NCBI GenBank assembly: GCA_965218585.1
Contig: CBDCLE010000022.1
Span: 125,526 to 189,525, forward strand
Reading direction: 5' to 3'
Source of the DNA: Terriglobia bacterium
GTDB taxonomy: Bacteria > Acidobacteriota > Terriglobia > 20CM-2-55-15
Length of the DNA stretch: 64,000 nt
In this document: piece by piece, positions 31,614 through 42,525 of the stretch
How positions within the stretch are numbered: the stretch's first letter is position 1
Layout: every line of letters starts with the position of its first letter
Program-made: the position numbers and the translations under genes
The notes under the pieces: generated by a model
The model's input: the letters and a program-made list of their open reading frames with translations, nothing else
Databases searched by the model: none
Told to the model about the DNA's origin: nothing

Positions 31614-32801
31614 CTATGGCACCGTAAAAGTATTGGACGAGCCGTCGCTGAAGGTGATTGTAAATGTGATACCGCTCACCGAAACGTTGCTGGACGCACC
31701 TGTCTGCGCGTCCTCGAAATCTCTGATCTCAACGACAACGGACTTACCCACGCCTGAGATTTCAAGGTCGGGCGTGACCGTCGTTTCCTGTTCCACCCGG
31801 ATCGGGACAACCTGATTGGGCTTGCCCGATCCGTCCACGGTTTCTGCGGAAGAAAAAGTGACGGTCTCTCCGGAACCCAGGCGTGTACCTCCGTTGTCGG
31901 TGTTGTAGTTCCAGACCGCGGAGTTGCCAAAACGTACTTGTTCAAAGTATGAGACCGGTGACGTTGTGTAGGTAGCGGTCATTGAGGTGATGCTCAACTC
32001 ATCCGAGTCGAAGTTCGTGACCGTGAATTTCAGTCGCGTCCCCTGTAGCTTGGCCGATCCGTCCTCGTACGTCAGTCGGGGATCGATGGAAATGCTCCGG
32101 AATCCGAACGACACGTCGGAAAAAGAAAAGTCCCCGTTCGCGTCTGTGACGGCGAACACCTGATCCACGGCTCCGTCGACGGGCGTATTGAGAGTCACCG
32201 AGGCGAAGGGGACCGTCTGGTTGTTCCGCATCAGTGTTCCCGTGACCTGGGAAAAGATCTCGGCTTTCAAGATGTCGATCGACAGGTCGTCACCGCCCCC
32301 CGTATCACCGTCGGCACCCAGACTGGTGATCCGGGCCGCCACCAGGGCCCCATCCTCTCCCGGATCGTTTCGGTTGAATTCGGTAGATGTGTACACAAAC
32401 GGATTGCCGAATGGATCCGAATCGAGCGCCGCCAGGTCTTCCACGAACGGGTCAGGAGCATACGGGCCAATCCAGCCGGCACCCACCAGGTTCGTCGTGT
32501 CGAACCCGTAAACGGGCTGACTGCTTCTGATCCACAGGTCTGCGAGCGCGGACGGGACATCGCCCATGCTGCCGACAAACCCGAAGTCGGCTCGGCCGCC
32601 TTCGTTAACGAGACCGGCGTTGCCTGCGATTGCGGTTTTCAGGGTTTCCAGGTCTTGACGGGTGTCCAGGCTCCTTGCCGCAGTCGTGACCTGGTCGACG
32701 ACCGGAGCCGAGACGGCTATCAGAACGGCAGCTGTCCCGATCAGGATGATGGCAGAGAGAATGCCGATGCCTCTCGAATGACGTGGGTTCTTTCTCCTCA
32801 T
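31614..32801 (-). CDS. Large pilin-like protein (395 aa) lacking Glu+5
   Basis: RHSRG|IGILS; FGFVGSMG, GWIGPY, DPFGN; beta-sandwich domains; ends TFSDGS. Confidence 0.8.
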   Translation of the reverse strand: MRRKNPRHSRGIGILSAIILIGTAAVLIAVSAPVVDQVTTAARSLDTRQDLETLKTAIAGNAGLVNEGGRADFGFVGSMGDVPSALADLWIRSSQPVYGFDTTNLVGAGWIGPYAPDPFVEDLAALDSDPFGNPFVYTSTEFNRNDPGEDGALVAARITSLGADGDTGGGDDLSIDILKAEIFSQVTGTLMRNNQTVPFASVTLNTPVDGAVDQVFAVTDANGDFSFSDVSFGFRSISIDPRLTYEDGSAKLQGTRLKFTVTNFDSDELSITSMTATYTTSPVSYFEQVRFGNSAVWNYNTDNGGTRLGSGETVTFSSAETVDGSGKPNQVVPIRVEQETTVTPDLEISGVGKSVVVEIRDFEDAQTGASSNVSVSGITFTITFSDGSSNTFTVP

Positions 32802-33985
32802 GGCATTTGCTTTGTAGTGAAAAGTGTTGTCGACCCGTCGCTGAACTCAATCTCGAATGTGATCCCCGTCATATCCACGGGTCCCGCCCCGCCCCCGGTC
32901 GCTGCGTCGCTGAACTCGTCGACGTGGATCTCGAGCGTCCCCCCTGTGCCCACGGAGTTAATGGTGATCTCGGGTACCTGGAAGGACAGGGAGGAAACCA
33001 CGACGTGCGTGGGCTCCTGAGTCACTCCCGTCCCCGCAACGAGCTCGGACGAGAACGTGATCACGTCACCGGATCCCCCTCTCGGGGTCGTGCTATTGAA
33101 CACCTGGCTGCCGTTGATTGTGACCTGCTCAAAATAAGCTTGGGGGCTTGAGGAGTACGTCAACGTAAGGGAAGTGACGGTCGCGTCCTCTTCCCCGATG
33201 TTTTCTATGAAGAACTCAATATCGTCCAGGGCATTGCCGTCCGAAAAGGCCGTATCTGCTTGATAGGACAAGGTCGGGTCGAGTTCGATGACACGTTCTC
33301 CATGCGGTATGGTGCCGAATGTGTAAAAACCGTCAGCGTCCGTTGTTGTCATGTCTGTCGTAATCGAACCGGCGCTCGGATAAGAAATCGTGACGTCGAC
33401 ACCAGGTATTGTCATCCCGCTGGGAGCCCGAATATATCCGAACAGGTCGGATGAAGCTTCGCCCTCGTATATTTCGATGACCTCGTCGTCCGACGTGTCC
33501 GAGGCGCTGTCGGGACCAATCGATCGGATCGTTGCGATAACCGTGGATCCTGTCGATGCGCTCGTCGTCTGGCTGGTGTCTAGTTCGAGGGGGTTTCCCC
33601 ATGGATCTTCGAGAAAGTCGAAAGGATCGGTCGCGATGTAGGGTCCCCGCCAACCCGATCCGAGTTCGATGATAGCGGTGACGGCGTAAGCCGCCTGCGT
33701 GTCGATCTCGACCAGATCGGCGAGAGCCGCGGGGAAGTTTCCCATGTCACCAAAGTATCCAAAGCGATTGACGTTGGTCTGGCCGCTGCGAACGCGCAAG
33801 GGTTCGCCGATCAAGGCCCGCTTTACACGCTGGATCTGTTCCTTGGCCTGAGTCGATCGGTTTTCCTCCATCGTCATGGGAACGGCAAACCCGAAACTGA
33901 ATGTCAGGACGGCGATGACAGCCAGTGACAGGGACACTTCGAGCAAGCTGACTCCACGCTGATGTTTGGTAGGGTTCGGTCTCAT
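32798..33985 (-). CDS. Large pilin-like protein (395 aa)
   Basis: RG|VSLLE; FGYFGDMG, GWRGPY, DPWGN, TDADGFYTF..IPHG.R, FSDGS. Confidence 0.82.
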   Translation of the reverse strand: MRPNPTKHQRGVSLLEVSLSLAVIAVLTFSFGFAVPMTMEENRSTQAKEQIQRVKRALIGEPLRVRSGQTNVNRFGYFGDMGNFPAALADLVEIDTQAAYAVTAIIELGSGWRGPYIATDPFDFLEDPWGNPLELDTSQTTSASTGSTVIATIRSIGPDSASDTSDDEVIEIYEGEASSDLFGYIRAPSGMTIPGVDVTISYPSAGSITTDMTTTDADGFYTFGTIPHGERVIELDPTLSYQADTAFSDGNALDDIEFFIENIGEEDATVTSLTLTYSSSPQAYFEQVTINGSQVFNSTTPRGGSGDVITFSSELVAGTGVTQEPTHVVVSSLSFQVPEITINSVGTGGTLEIHVDEFSDAATGGGAGPVDMTGITFEIEFSDGSTTLFTTKQMP

Positions 33986-35175
33986 GGCGTGGGATCCGTG
34001 GGCACGACGACAACGACCGATCCATCGCTGAAGGTTACGACGAGATTGACTCCGACCATGTCCACCTCTGTTCCATTACCCGTCAGTGCGTCTTCAAAGC
34101 CGTTCATCTCGATTGTCAACGAACTGCCGCGGCCGATGTCGCCGATGATGATGTCGTCGATATCTGTAACGGCCGACTGGAGCCTTATAGGGAGCGACTC
34201 CGCTACCTGGCCAGTCCCTTCTATGGTTTCCGCAGAAAAATTGACTGTATCGCCACTGGCAAACCGTGGGCTAGTGGAATTGAAGACGGTCGTATTGCCC
34301 ACGCGCATCTGTTCGAAGTACGCAGGAGGCGAAATGTTGATGTCGACCGATATGGACGTGATATCCGTGTCCGTGGAGGCAAAGTTCTTAACGACAAATT
34401 CCACATCGTTGTTGTCGTTGCCTGTGACGATAGCCGTATCCGGAGCCAGGACGAGTAAAGGTTCGACCGTCAAGGAGCGGTTGCCAAACGGGATGTCGTT
34501 GAAAAAGTAATAGCCCAGCGTATCGCTCTGTGTCGTTGAGGACGTCAACGTGCCACTCGCAGGGTAGTTCACCGTCACGCCTACACCGGGGACGCCGGCG
34601 TTCTCTTCGTCGCGAACAAATCCCTGAACACGGGACAATGTTGTCGCGTCGAAGAACTGGAGCGTGATGTCGTCGTTCCCACCGGAAACTCCGTCTCCGC
34701 CAAACGAGGTGAGCTTTGCCTGCACATCGGCTCCGAAGTCCGAGTCCGTAAAAGTGGAATCATCGTAAAACAAATCCGTTCCCCAGGCGTCTTGTCCCAG
34801 AGCCTCCAGATATTCCACGACCTGGAGATCCACATACGGTCCGTTCCAGCCGGCGCCGGTTTTCTTGGCAGTATCGAAGCTAAAATCGGGCTGGCTGCCC
34901 ATGACCCAGAGGTCTTCGAGCGCTGGCGGCGGGTTTCCCATGTCGCCGATGTAACCGAAAGACGTCCGGGCCTCATTGACGACGATGACGGGGTCGCCGC
35001 CGATCCCGCGTTCCACGCGACGCATCTGTTCGATCGTCGTTTCGCGTCCCACCATGTCGAAAGCCGAATTGGACACCGTGATCAGTCCTACCGAAACTGT
35101 GGCGATGATCGCCAGTGTGAAAACGGTTTCGATCAGGCTGAAGCCCTGTTCGTTGGTGACTTTCTTTAAGATCAT
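33982..35175 (-). CDS. Large pilin-like protein (397 aa)
   Basis: QG|FSLIE; FGYIGDMG, GWNGPY, DAWG, FSDGS. Confidence 0.82.
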   Translation of the reverse strand: MILKKVTNEQGFSLIETVFTLAIIATVSVGLITVSNSAFDMVGRETTIEQMRRVERGIGGDPVIVVNEARTSFGYIGDMGNPPPALEDLWVMGSQPDFSFDTAKKTGAGWNGPYVDLQVVEYLEALGQDAWGTDLFYDDSTFTDSDFGADVQAKLTSFGGDGVSGGNDDITLQFFDATTLSRVQGFVRDEENAGVPGVGVTVNYPASGTLTSSTTQSDTLGYYFFNDIPFGNRSLTVEPLLVLAPDTAIVTGNDNNDVEFVVKNFASTDTDITSISVDINISPPAYFEQMRVGNTTVFNSTSPRFASGDTVNFSAETIEGTGQVAESLPIRLQSAVTDIDDIIIGDIGRGSSLTIEMNGFEDALTGNGTEVDMVGVNLVVTFSDGSVVVVVPTDPTP

Positions 35176-36330
35176 TGGCGCACCGTCGTGAAAATCGCGA
35201 CCGATCCGTCCGAGAACGTCGCCTGGAATGTGATTCCGGTCATGTCCACGTTTCTCGCACTTCCGGTTTCAGCATCCTTGAAGTCCTGGACCTGAACGCG
35301 AAGCGTACCCCCTCGCCGGGCGGCCTCGCCAATGTCCTGATTGGGCGTCAGGGATAGGGGTGACTGGACACGCACCGGGATGGTGCCTCCGGTGATGGAC
35401 CCTGTGCCTATCACCGTCTCTTCCGTAAAGACCACGGTTTCACCACTTCCCACGCGATCAGACGTGTTCGTGAACACCGTAGAGTTGCCCAGCCGCAGCC
35501 GTTCGTAGAACGCTACCTGATCGGGATGCAGAAGCGTCAGGCTTGTGAAGGATGCATCGGTCGATGAAAAGTTCTGGATGACGAACTCGACGTCATTGTC
35601 CTGCCCTCCGGTCGTTACCGCAGTATCCTGGACATAGACCAGACGTGGTTCGAGAGCCAGGCTCCTGTTTCCAAAGGGTACATCGGTGAACGTGAACGCC
35701 CCGTTCGAATCGGTCTGCAGGGTCGCGCTCGAGTTGACGGAGGCGAAAGGGAACTGGAGCGTGGCTGTGACGCCCGGAAGCGCGTTCCCAACGGCGTCTC
35801 GAACGAAACCGACGACTTCGGAAAACAATTCCGTTTCGTAGATTTCCATCGTCAGATCGTCGCCGCCAGCAGACGTGTCCGGACCGTAGCTTGTCAGCTT
35901 GGCACGTATCGTCTGACCCGTTTGGGCGCTGGTTTCGTTAGTCACTTCATGTCGTCGAACCACTCAAGAGGGGGAACCTGGATGTAAGGGCCGGCCCAAC
36001 CAGTGCCGAGCTTGATGCTCGTATCGAAAGAAAAAACCGGCTGTGAGCCTAGAATCCAGAGTTCGTTCAGCGAAGCCGGAAGGCTGCCGGTGTCTCCCAT
36101 GAAACCGAAATCAGTTCGCGCCTCACCCGTAATTATGCGTGGGTCGCCGATGATGGCCTGTTTCAGCGCCACCAGTTTTTCAAGAGTTTCGTTTTCTCTT
36201 TCAGCTGCGAAGGGTTGCGTGAACAGGGAGAAAGCGCCCGAGGCCACGAGAGACAGGATGGCGACCGTAACAGCGACTTCGAGCAGGGAAACACCCCTGC
36301 ATTTAGGCTGTGTAAGTTCCCCACGAACAT
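35172..36330 (-). pseudogene. Large pilin-like protein, disrupted
   Basis: RG|VSLLE frame lacks a start unless the G run near 36320 gains a base; DPWG segment missing with frameshift near 35950; remainder paralogous to neighbours. Confidence 0.72.
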
Positions 36331-36454
36331 CACCATACTATTATCGCCGGATGACAAAAGGGCCGCAAGCTATTGTGCTGCGGCCCCTTCCTGAGCGGTC
36401 TTCGTAGTCTTGGTCGGAATCAATCGGAGGCGATCCCAAATTCAAACGAGTCCG

Positions 36455-36566
36455 TCAGCGGATGCGCTGGACGACGTCATCGTTGCCGACGGCGAATGTC
36501 CCGCTCGCTGCCTGTTCGTACTCCGTGTCGATCGTCTTGTCGGGTCCTGCCGAGAGTACAAAGGCT
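36455..36566 (-). pseudogene. 3' remnant of a GspG-like pilin
   Basis: AFVLSAGPDKTIDTEY...GNDDVVQRIR matches C-terminus of 31006..31608. Confidence 0.75.
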
Positions 36567-37607
36567 AACATGTACCAGATCTTTCTGGCCGGCATGAACA
36601 CGCCCGGTCGTCCCGTGGGTACCATGCTGTTTCTGGGGCCGACAGGGTCAGGCAAGACCCGGATCGTAGAAGCGTCGGCAGATATCCTTTTTGGCAGTCC
36701 CCGCGCCTTCATCAAAATCGACTGTGCTGAATTTCAGCACAGTCACGAAATCGCCAAGCTCATTGGCTCTCCCCCGGGATATCTGGGACACAGGGAAACC
36801 CCTCCCTTATTGACCCAGGAAGCGCTCGACCAGCACCATACCGACGATCTTAAGCTCAGTTTTGTCTTGTTTGATGAGATCGAAAAGGCCGACGACGCGC
36901 TTTGGCAGCTTCTGTTGGGAGTGTTGGACAAAGGAACGCTCACCCTGGGCGACAACCGCCAGGTCGATTTCTCACGGACGATGGTGGTGATGACGTCGAA
37001 TCTTGGCGCCGCCGAAATGAGCGATCTGATGGAAGGCGGGATTGGTTTTGCGAACAACCCGGCCGAACCTGAAGACCTCGATTCGATTGACCAGAAGATT
37101 TATCGAACCGCGACCTCGGTTGCGTGCAAAAAGTTCACGCCCGAGTTCATGAACAGGATCGACAAGGTCGTCGTGTTCCGGACACTGACCCGGGATCATC
37201 TCAGTCAGATAGTCGACCTGGAGCTGGATGAAGTGCGAAACCGGATACTCGAATCGCAGGCGGATAGACAGTTCATTCTCCATTGCAGCGACCGCGTTAA
37301 GGACTTCTTCGTCGAGGAGGGGACCGATCCCAGATATGGTGCCCGCCACCTGAAGCGTGTCATCGAACGTTACCTGGTCTTCCCCCTGTCCAACCTGATT
37401 GCGACTGGACAGATTGAACTCGGAGACGTCGTCCATGCAGATCTGGAGGAAGAGGGCAAACAGCTCACCTTTGTCAGGGAGCCTTCGGCTGCTTTCGTGG
37501 ACCCGTTGGACAACCTGAGCCGTTTCCCCGGCCAGACTTCGGAAACCGTCGATTCATCTGACCCTGTGTCAGGCTCCTCCCAAGAAAGCGTTCAGAACGT
37601 ATGTTAA
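36567..37607 (+). pseudogene. ClpA/ClpB D2-type AAA+ ATPase, 5'-truncated
   Basis: RP.G..LFLGPTGSGKT, LIGSPPGYLGH, LFDEIEKA, PEFMNRID, YGARHLKR; no IVGQ..A segment before the junction. Confidence 0.75.
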
Positions 37608-37667
37608 TCAGCCGACAGCTGACGGCTGAGGGCTAATGTAATTCCGCTTTTCTTCCGATAAGGAGGT

Positions 37668-37883
37668 ATGAGTCGAGTCATACTGTTCCCACACCTGACA
37701 GATTCCGCCGAAGAAATCCAGGAGGCTGTACCGCTTGAAGCTGAAGAGGCATGGATAAGAGATTCGGAATTCAATGATGAAATCGAATCAGGATCGGATC
37801 CATCCAAGTGGGGAGTACCTCGGACCTTTTTCGTAGTTCAGACCCCTATCGAGCGACCCGTCGATCACAATACTGCGGGCTAA
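37668..37883 (+). CDS. Small hypothetical protein
   Basis: TAAGGAGGT RBS close to ATG; fills intergenic gap. Confidence 0.5.
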   Translation: MSRVILFPHLTDSAEEIQEAVPLEAEEAWIRDSEFNDEIESGSDPSKWGVPRTFFVVQTPIERPVDHNTAG

Positions 37884-40558
37884 GCGTCGAGAACTTCGCG
37901 CATCTTTCCTGTTAAGGCTGCCTGACTAAAAGGTTTTTGGAGATACGCCATTTCCGTATTGGAGATGCCGTGCCGGGCGATGAACTCACCCGGATAGCCG
38001 GACATGTAGAGTACCTTTAAACTCGGCAGGAACACTCTCAGACGCTTTGCCAGTTCGGGACCGCTCAACTCGGGCATGATTACATCCGTGAGGAGGAGAT
38101 CGATCTTTTCCGTGTTGCCTTCTGTCATGCGGATGGCGTCGCCCACGTTGGAGGCTTCCACGACCTTATAGCCGCTGGCTTCCAGGAAACGGCGTGTCAG
38201 GCGTCGCACCGCGGGTTCATCCTCGACGATCAATACTGTTTCTTTTCCGGGCCAGGCGGGCCCGACGGCATCGGTCTTCAATTGGACTTCTTGCTCGACG
38301 CTACGAACGGGTAAATAGATCCGGAAGGTCGTTCCCTTTCCTGGTTCGCTTTCTACCGCGATATGTCCGTCGCTTTGCTTGACGATCCCATATACAGTGG
38401 CAAGCCCCAGCCCGGTTCCGCTTCCTGGAGCCTTCGTCGTGAAGAACGGCTCGAAAATCTGAGATAACGTGTCCGAATCCATTCCCTGTCCTTGGTCTTC
38501 AACCGAAAGCAGAGCATAGTTTCCTTCGTCCGGGACAGTGGGTCTGTCGGCCTGTTCTTGGTCGATATGAACGATTTCAGTTCGAATCACAAGTGTGCCG
38601 CCGTCCGGCATGGCGTCAGCCGCATTGATGACCAGGTTCGTGATGACCTGTTCGACGCGGCTGCGGTCGCCCCCGATTTGTCCAAGTTTCGGATTGAGTG
38701 ATGTTTCCAGGACGACATGTTCTCCAATCAGACGCCGAAGCATCTTTTCCATTTCGTCCACAATCGAATTCAGATCAAGCGGTGTCGTATTGGGTATCTC
38801 GTGACGGCTGAACGTGAGTAACTGCATCGTGAGGCGGCTGGCTCGCTGGACCGCGCTGAAGACTTCTTCAGTCATCTCTCGCTCTTCACTGCCTTCGGGC
38901 AGAGCTGACTGCAATAGCGCTGTGTAACCCTGTATCGCCGTCAAAAGGTTGTTGAAGTCGTGAGCCACTCCACCTGCGAGTCGGCCAACCGTTTCCATCT
39001 TTTGCGATTGGCGCAATTGTTGTTCGAGGGCGCGCCGTTCACTGATGTCCCTTATGAAGCTTTGGTACACTTGTCGACCGCCGTAGCTGACCAACCGCGT
39101 ATTGGTTTCCAATGGAATGCGTTTCCCATCGCTGGTCAGGCCTTCGATTTCGAACAGGCTGCTTTCACCGGAGTGTGCTTTCGCCAGTGCGTTTTCGATC
39201 TTGCTCCACTGGTCGGTTGGGTGGAGATCTCGGACGACCATCTTCTTCAGTTCGTCCGAAGAATATCCAAGGAGTTGCTCCGCCTTCTCGTTCGCATCCC
39301 GAACGCGGCCGGTTTCCGGGTTGAAGAGAACGACGGCGTCACTGGCGTGCTCAAACAGGTTTCTGTACTGCTGTTCCGAACGCTGGAGCGCCTCCTCGGC
39401 AAACTTGCGTTCTGAAATGTCGGTGACCGTGCCGATCATTCGGACAGGTTTTCCGGCGTTGTCACTCTCGGTGACACGACCCCGAACATTGACCCACTTC
39501 CACTTGCCGAGTTCGGTTCGGATGCGGTATTCAGATTCAAACGCTGCGTTGTGGCCTTCCAGATGTAGCTGGAGAAGGCGTTTTCGTTTTCCTTCATCGT
39601 CGGGGTGAATTCGAGATTCCCAAGTCGCGATGTGGGTCGATCGAACGCCGTCCTTGTCCGGACTCTCCTCAAAGATTTCAGATACGCGTGGGCTGAAAAC
39701 CACACCGCCGGTCTTGAGATCCCAGTCCCAGAGCCCGTCTGACGCCGCTTCCAGCGCGTATCGCAGGCGTTCTTCGGCCCGGCGCAAAGCCCCTGCGGCC
39801 CGCTGTCGTTCCGAGATCATGTCGATTCTGCACTCTATCTGGACCGCATCCTCTTCAGTTCTTCTCGAAAGCAAGAGAGAGCCACTAAAGAATGCGCCTC
39901 CGCTTCTTTTTAAGCGCAGTTCGATCTGCCTTGGGGAATTCTTCTCGAGGTTTGCGAGCAGTTCCTTACTTGGAAAGCGTGAGTTCTTGCGGGCAAAAAT
40001 GACTGAAATATGCTGCCCTACAGTCTCTTCTTCCTGTCGGCCAAACAGTTCTGCCGAGTCGGGGCTCCAGTCGAGAATCGTTCCCTTGGTGTCCATAAGG
40101 AACTTGGTGGATTGAATTCTGTTCGGTAAGAAATCTTCCCGCGATCTGGCCGCAGATTGCGTTTGTGTGTCGAGCTGGATCAGGGCTGCCGCTCCACCTA
40201 CCCGGAGTGCGCGAGCGCGGATCAAATCCTGTTCCCGTCCCGGAGCACTCCTCGTCGTGGTCAGGCGACACTCGTCCTGCCGGCCCGACAAAACAGCATC
40301 CAGGGAACCGACGAATCGGTCGATTTCATCGGTTTCCACGTCCCAGTCGTTAGAGGAGAGGAACTGGTCAATGGCCCTGTTGATGTCGTCTGCCTGGATC
40401 GAGGGGTTTCCCCTCCATTGTTTGTTTGCCAGGAGGATCGTCCCTTCGGAGTTAACGACTCCGACAGGGATGGACAGGGCATCGATCGTGACCTGTATGA
40501 GGTCCAGTGAGCCGGCCAATGGATCGGGATTTCTCATCGACTGGGTGCCGCTCTTCAT
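37880..40558 (-). CDS. Hybrid PAS sensor histidine kinase/response regulator
   Basis: Several PAS/PAC domains, GVAHDFNNLL, NLVINAADAM, FEPFFTTK, GTGLGL, C-terminal REC. Confidence 0.93.
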   Translation of the reverse strand: MKSGTQSMRNPDPLAGSLDLIQVTIDALSIPVGVVNSEGTILLANKQWRGNPSIQADDINRAIDQFLSSNDWDVETDEIDRFVGSLDAVLSGRQDECRLTTTRSAPGREQDLIRARALRVGGAAALIQLDTQTQSAARSREDFLPNRIQSTKFLMDTKGTILDWSPDSAELFGRQEEETVGQHISVIFARKNSRFPSKELLANLEKNSPRQIELRLKRSGGAFFSGSLLLSRRTEEDAVQIECRIDMISERQRAAGALRRAEERLRYALEAASDGLWDWDLKTGGVVFSPRVSEIFEESPDKDGVRSTHIATWESRIHPDDEGKRKRLLQLHLEGHNAAFESEYRIRTELGKWKWVNVRGRVTESDNAGKPVRMIGTVTDISERKFAEEALQRSEQQYRNLFEHASDAVVLFNPETGRVRDANEKAEQLLGYSSDELKKMVVRDLHPTDQWSKIENALAKAHSGESSLFEIEGLTSDGKRIPLETNTRLVSYGGRQVYQSFIRDISERRALEQQLRQSQKMETVGRLAGGVAHDFNNLLTAIQGYTALLQSALPEGSEEREMTEEVFSAVQRASRLTMQLLTFSRHEIPNTTPLDLNSIVDEMEKMLRRLIGEHVVLETSLNPKLGQIGGDRSRVEQVITNLVINAADAMPDGGTLVIRTEIVHIDQEQADRPTVPDEGNYALLSVEDQGQGMDSDTLSQIFEPFFTTKAPGSGTGLGLATVYGIVKQSDGHIAVESEPGKGTTFRIYLPVRSVEQEVQLKTDAVGPAWPGKETVLIVEDEPAVRRLTRRFLEASGYKVVEASNVGDAIRMTEGNTEKIDLLLTDVIMPELSGPELAKRLRVFLPSLKVLYMSGYPGEFIARHGISNTEMAYLQKPFSQAALTGKMREVLDA

Positions 40559-40730
40559 ACGTTCCCGAACAGTTCCCGGCTTTTCGGCCGGTCAGAAAGT
40601 GAGCGATATCCGCAAAATTTGCGCGGGCTGGAATGCTAAAGGACAATAAGCCCTGATTCAATAGAAAATACAGGAATTTCAGTAGCCGGCTTTTGGCCGC
40701 AGGAAGGTTTCTGGCAGGAGCGGCGCTCGG

Positions 40731-42470
40731 TCATGAACGCTTCATCGCCTTCTGTATCTTCGCCCACGTGTCCCGAAGTGTCACAGTTCGATTGAAAACA
40801 AGAGCATTCGGTGACGAATCACTGTCCACTGCGAAGTACCCCAAACGTTCAAACTGAAATCGATCCCCGGGTCTTCCCTCGGCCAGCGAAGGTTCCAACT
40901 TACATGAATTCACTATCGTGACTGACTCGGGATTGATGAAGGCCCTGAAATCTGCGTCCTGACCTTCTTCGGGATCTTCCTTCGTAAAGAGACGGTCGTA
41001 GAGGCGCACTTCGGCCCCGATAGCCCGTGCGGCTGAAACCCAGTGGAGGGTCGCCTTCACACGCCGACCGTCGGGCGCTGTGCCTCCCCGCGTTGCGGGA
41101 TCGTACGTGCAATGGAGTTCGACGATCTTTCCGGAATCGTCTTTGACCACATCGGTGCATGTGACCATGTACGCATAGCGGAGGCGGACTTCGCGTCCGG
41201 GAGCCAACCGGAAGAATTTCCGAGGCGGGTCCTCCCTGAAGTCCCCACGCTCGATGTAAAGGACTTTGGAGAAAGGAACCTTTCGTGTGCCCATACCTTC
41301 GTCTTCAGGGTTGTTGATGGCGTCCAGTTCCTCGACCTGGTCCTCGGGGTAGTTATCGATCACTACGCGCAACGGTTCCAGGACCGCCATCACACGCTGT
41401 GAACGTCGGTTGAGATCCTCTCGGATGGCGTGTTCCAGCTGAGCCATATCGATGATGCTGTCGCGCTTAGCCACCCCGATCCGTTCCCAGAAAGTGCGAA
41501 TGGCTTCCGGCGTGTAACCGCGCCGGCGCATACCGCTGAGGGTTGGCATACGGGGATCGTCCCATCCAGTGACGTGACCTTCTTCGACGAGCTTCAGGAT
41601 CTTGCGCTTGCTCATGACCGTATAGCTGAGGTTTCCCCGCGCGAACTCGATTTGTTGCGGGTGGCAATCAAGGCCGAGTTCATCCAGAAACCAGTCATAG
41701 AGTGGTCGATGGTCTTCGAATTCCAGAGTGCAGAGCGAATGCGTGATGCCTTCCACCGAATCGGAGAGACAGTGCGTGAAGTCATACATCGGGTAGATGC
41801 ACCACTCTTCGCCGGCTCTGAAGTGAGCCGCATGTCGGATTCGGTAGATCGTGGGATCCCGCATGTTGAGGTTTCCCGAACTCATATCTATCTTTGCGCG
41901 CAACACGTGCTCGCCGTCGGCAAACTCTCCGTCTCGCATACGTCGAAAGAGGTCGAGGTTCTCGTCTATGGATCGATCCCGGTAGGGGCTGTTCTTTCCC
42001 GGCTCAGTCAGTGTTCCCCTGTAGGTGCGGATTTCGTCGGCGCTCAAGCTGCAGACGTACGCTTTTCCTTTCCGGATGAGTTCGACCGCAAACCCATAGA
42101 GTTGATCGAAATAGTCCGACGCGTAGTAGAGCCGATCCTCCCAGTCGAATCCAAGCCAGTGGACATCGCGCTTGATCGCCTCTTCATATTCCACTTCTTC
42201 TTTGGTTGGATTTGTGTCGTCGAAGCGGAGGTTGCACAATCCACTGAATTCGTCCGCAACACCAAAATTCAGGCAAATGGATTTGGCATGGCCGATGTGC
42301 AGGTATCCGTTCGGTTCGGGAGGAAAACGGGTGTGCACCTTACCCTCGTTCTTGCCTTCTTTGAGGTCCTGATCTATGCGGGAACGAATAAAATCGGTGG
42401 GGATTGTAGCGCCGGAACTCCCTTCGGAGTTCTTATCGGACGTTTCGGAGTGGTCCAGCTTCCGCATCAT
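40731..42470 (-). CDS. glnS: Glutamine--tRNA ligase
   Basis: [40 protein letters not shown]. Confidence 0.97.
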   Translation of the reverse strand: MMRKLDHSETSDKNSEGSSGATIPTDFIRSRIDQDLKEGKNEGKVHTRFPPEPNGYLHIGHAKSICLNFGVADEFSGLCNLRFDDTNPTKEEVEYEEAIKRDVHWLGFDWEDRLYYASDYFDQLYGFAVELIRKGKAYVCSLSADEIRTYRGTLTEPGKNSPYRDRSIDENLDLFRRMRDGEFADGEHVLRAKIDMSSGNLNMRDPTIYRIRHAAHFRAGEEWCIYPMYDFTHCLSDSVEGITHSLCTLEFEDHRPLYDWFLDELGLDCHPQQIEFARGNLSYTVMSKRKILKLVEEGHVTGWDDPRMPTLSGMRRRGYTPEAIRTFWERIGVAKRDSIIDMAQLEHAIREDLNRRSQRVMAVLEPLRVVIDNYPEDQVEELDAINNPEDEGMGTRKVPFSKVLYIERGDFREDPPRKFFRLAPGREVRLRYAYMVTCTDVVKDDSGKIVELHCTYDPATRGGTAPDGRRVKATLHWVSAARAIGAEVRLYDRLFTKEDPEEGQDADFRAFINPESVTIVNSCKLEPSLAEGRPGDRFQFERLGYFAVDSDSSPNALVFNRTVTLRDTWAKIQKAMKRS

Positions 42471-42525
42471 TCGAATATAGCATGACCTATGAGCGCAAGG
42501 ATCGTCTGTAAGTGCGCTCTATGAG

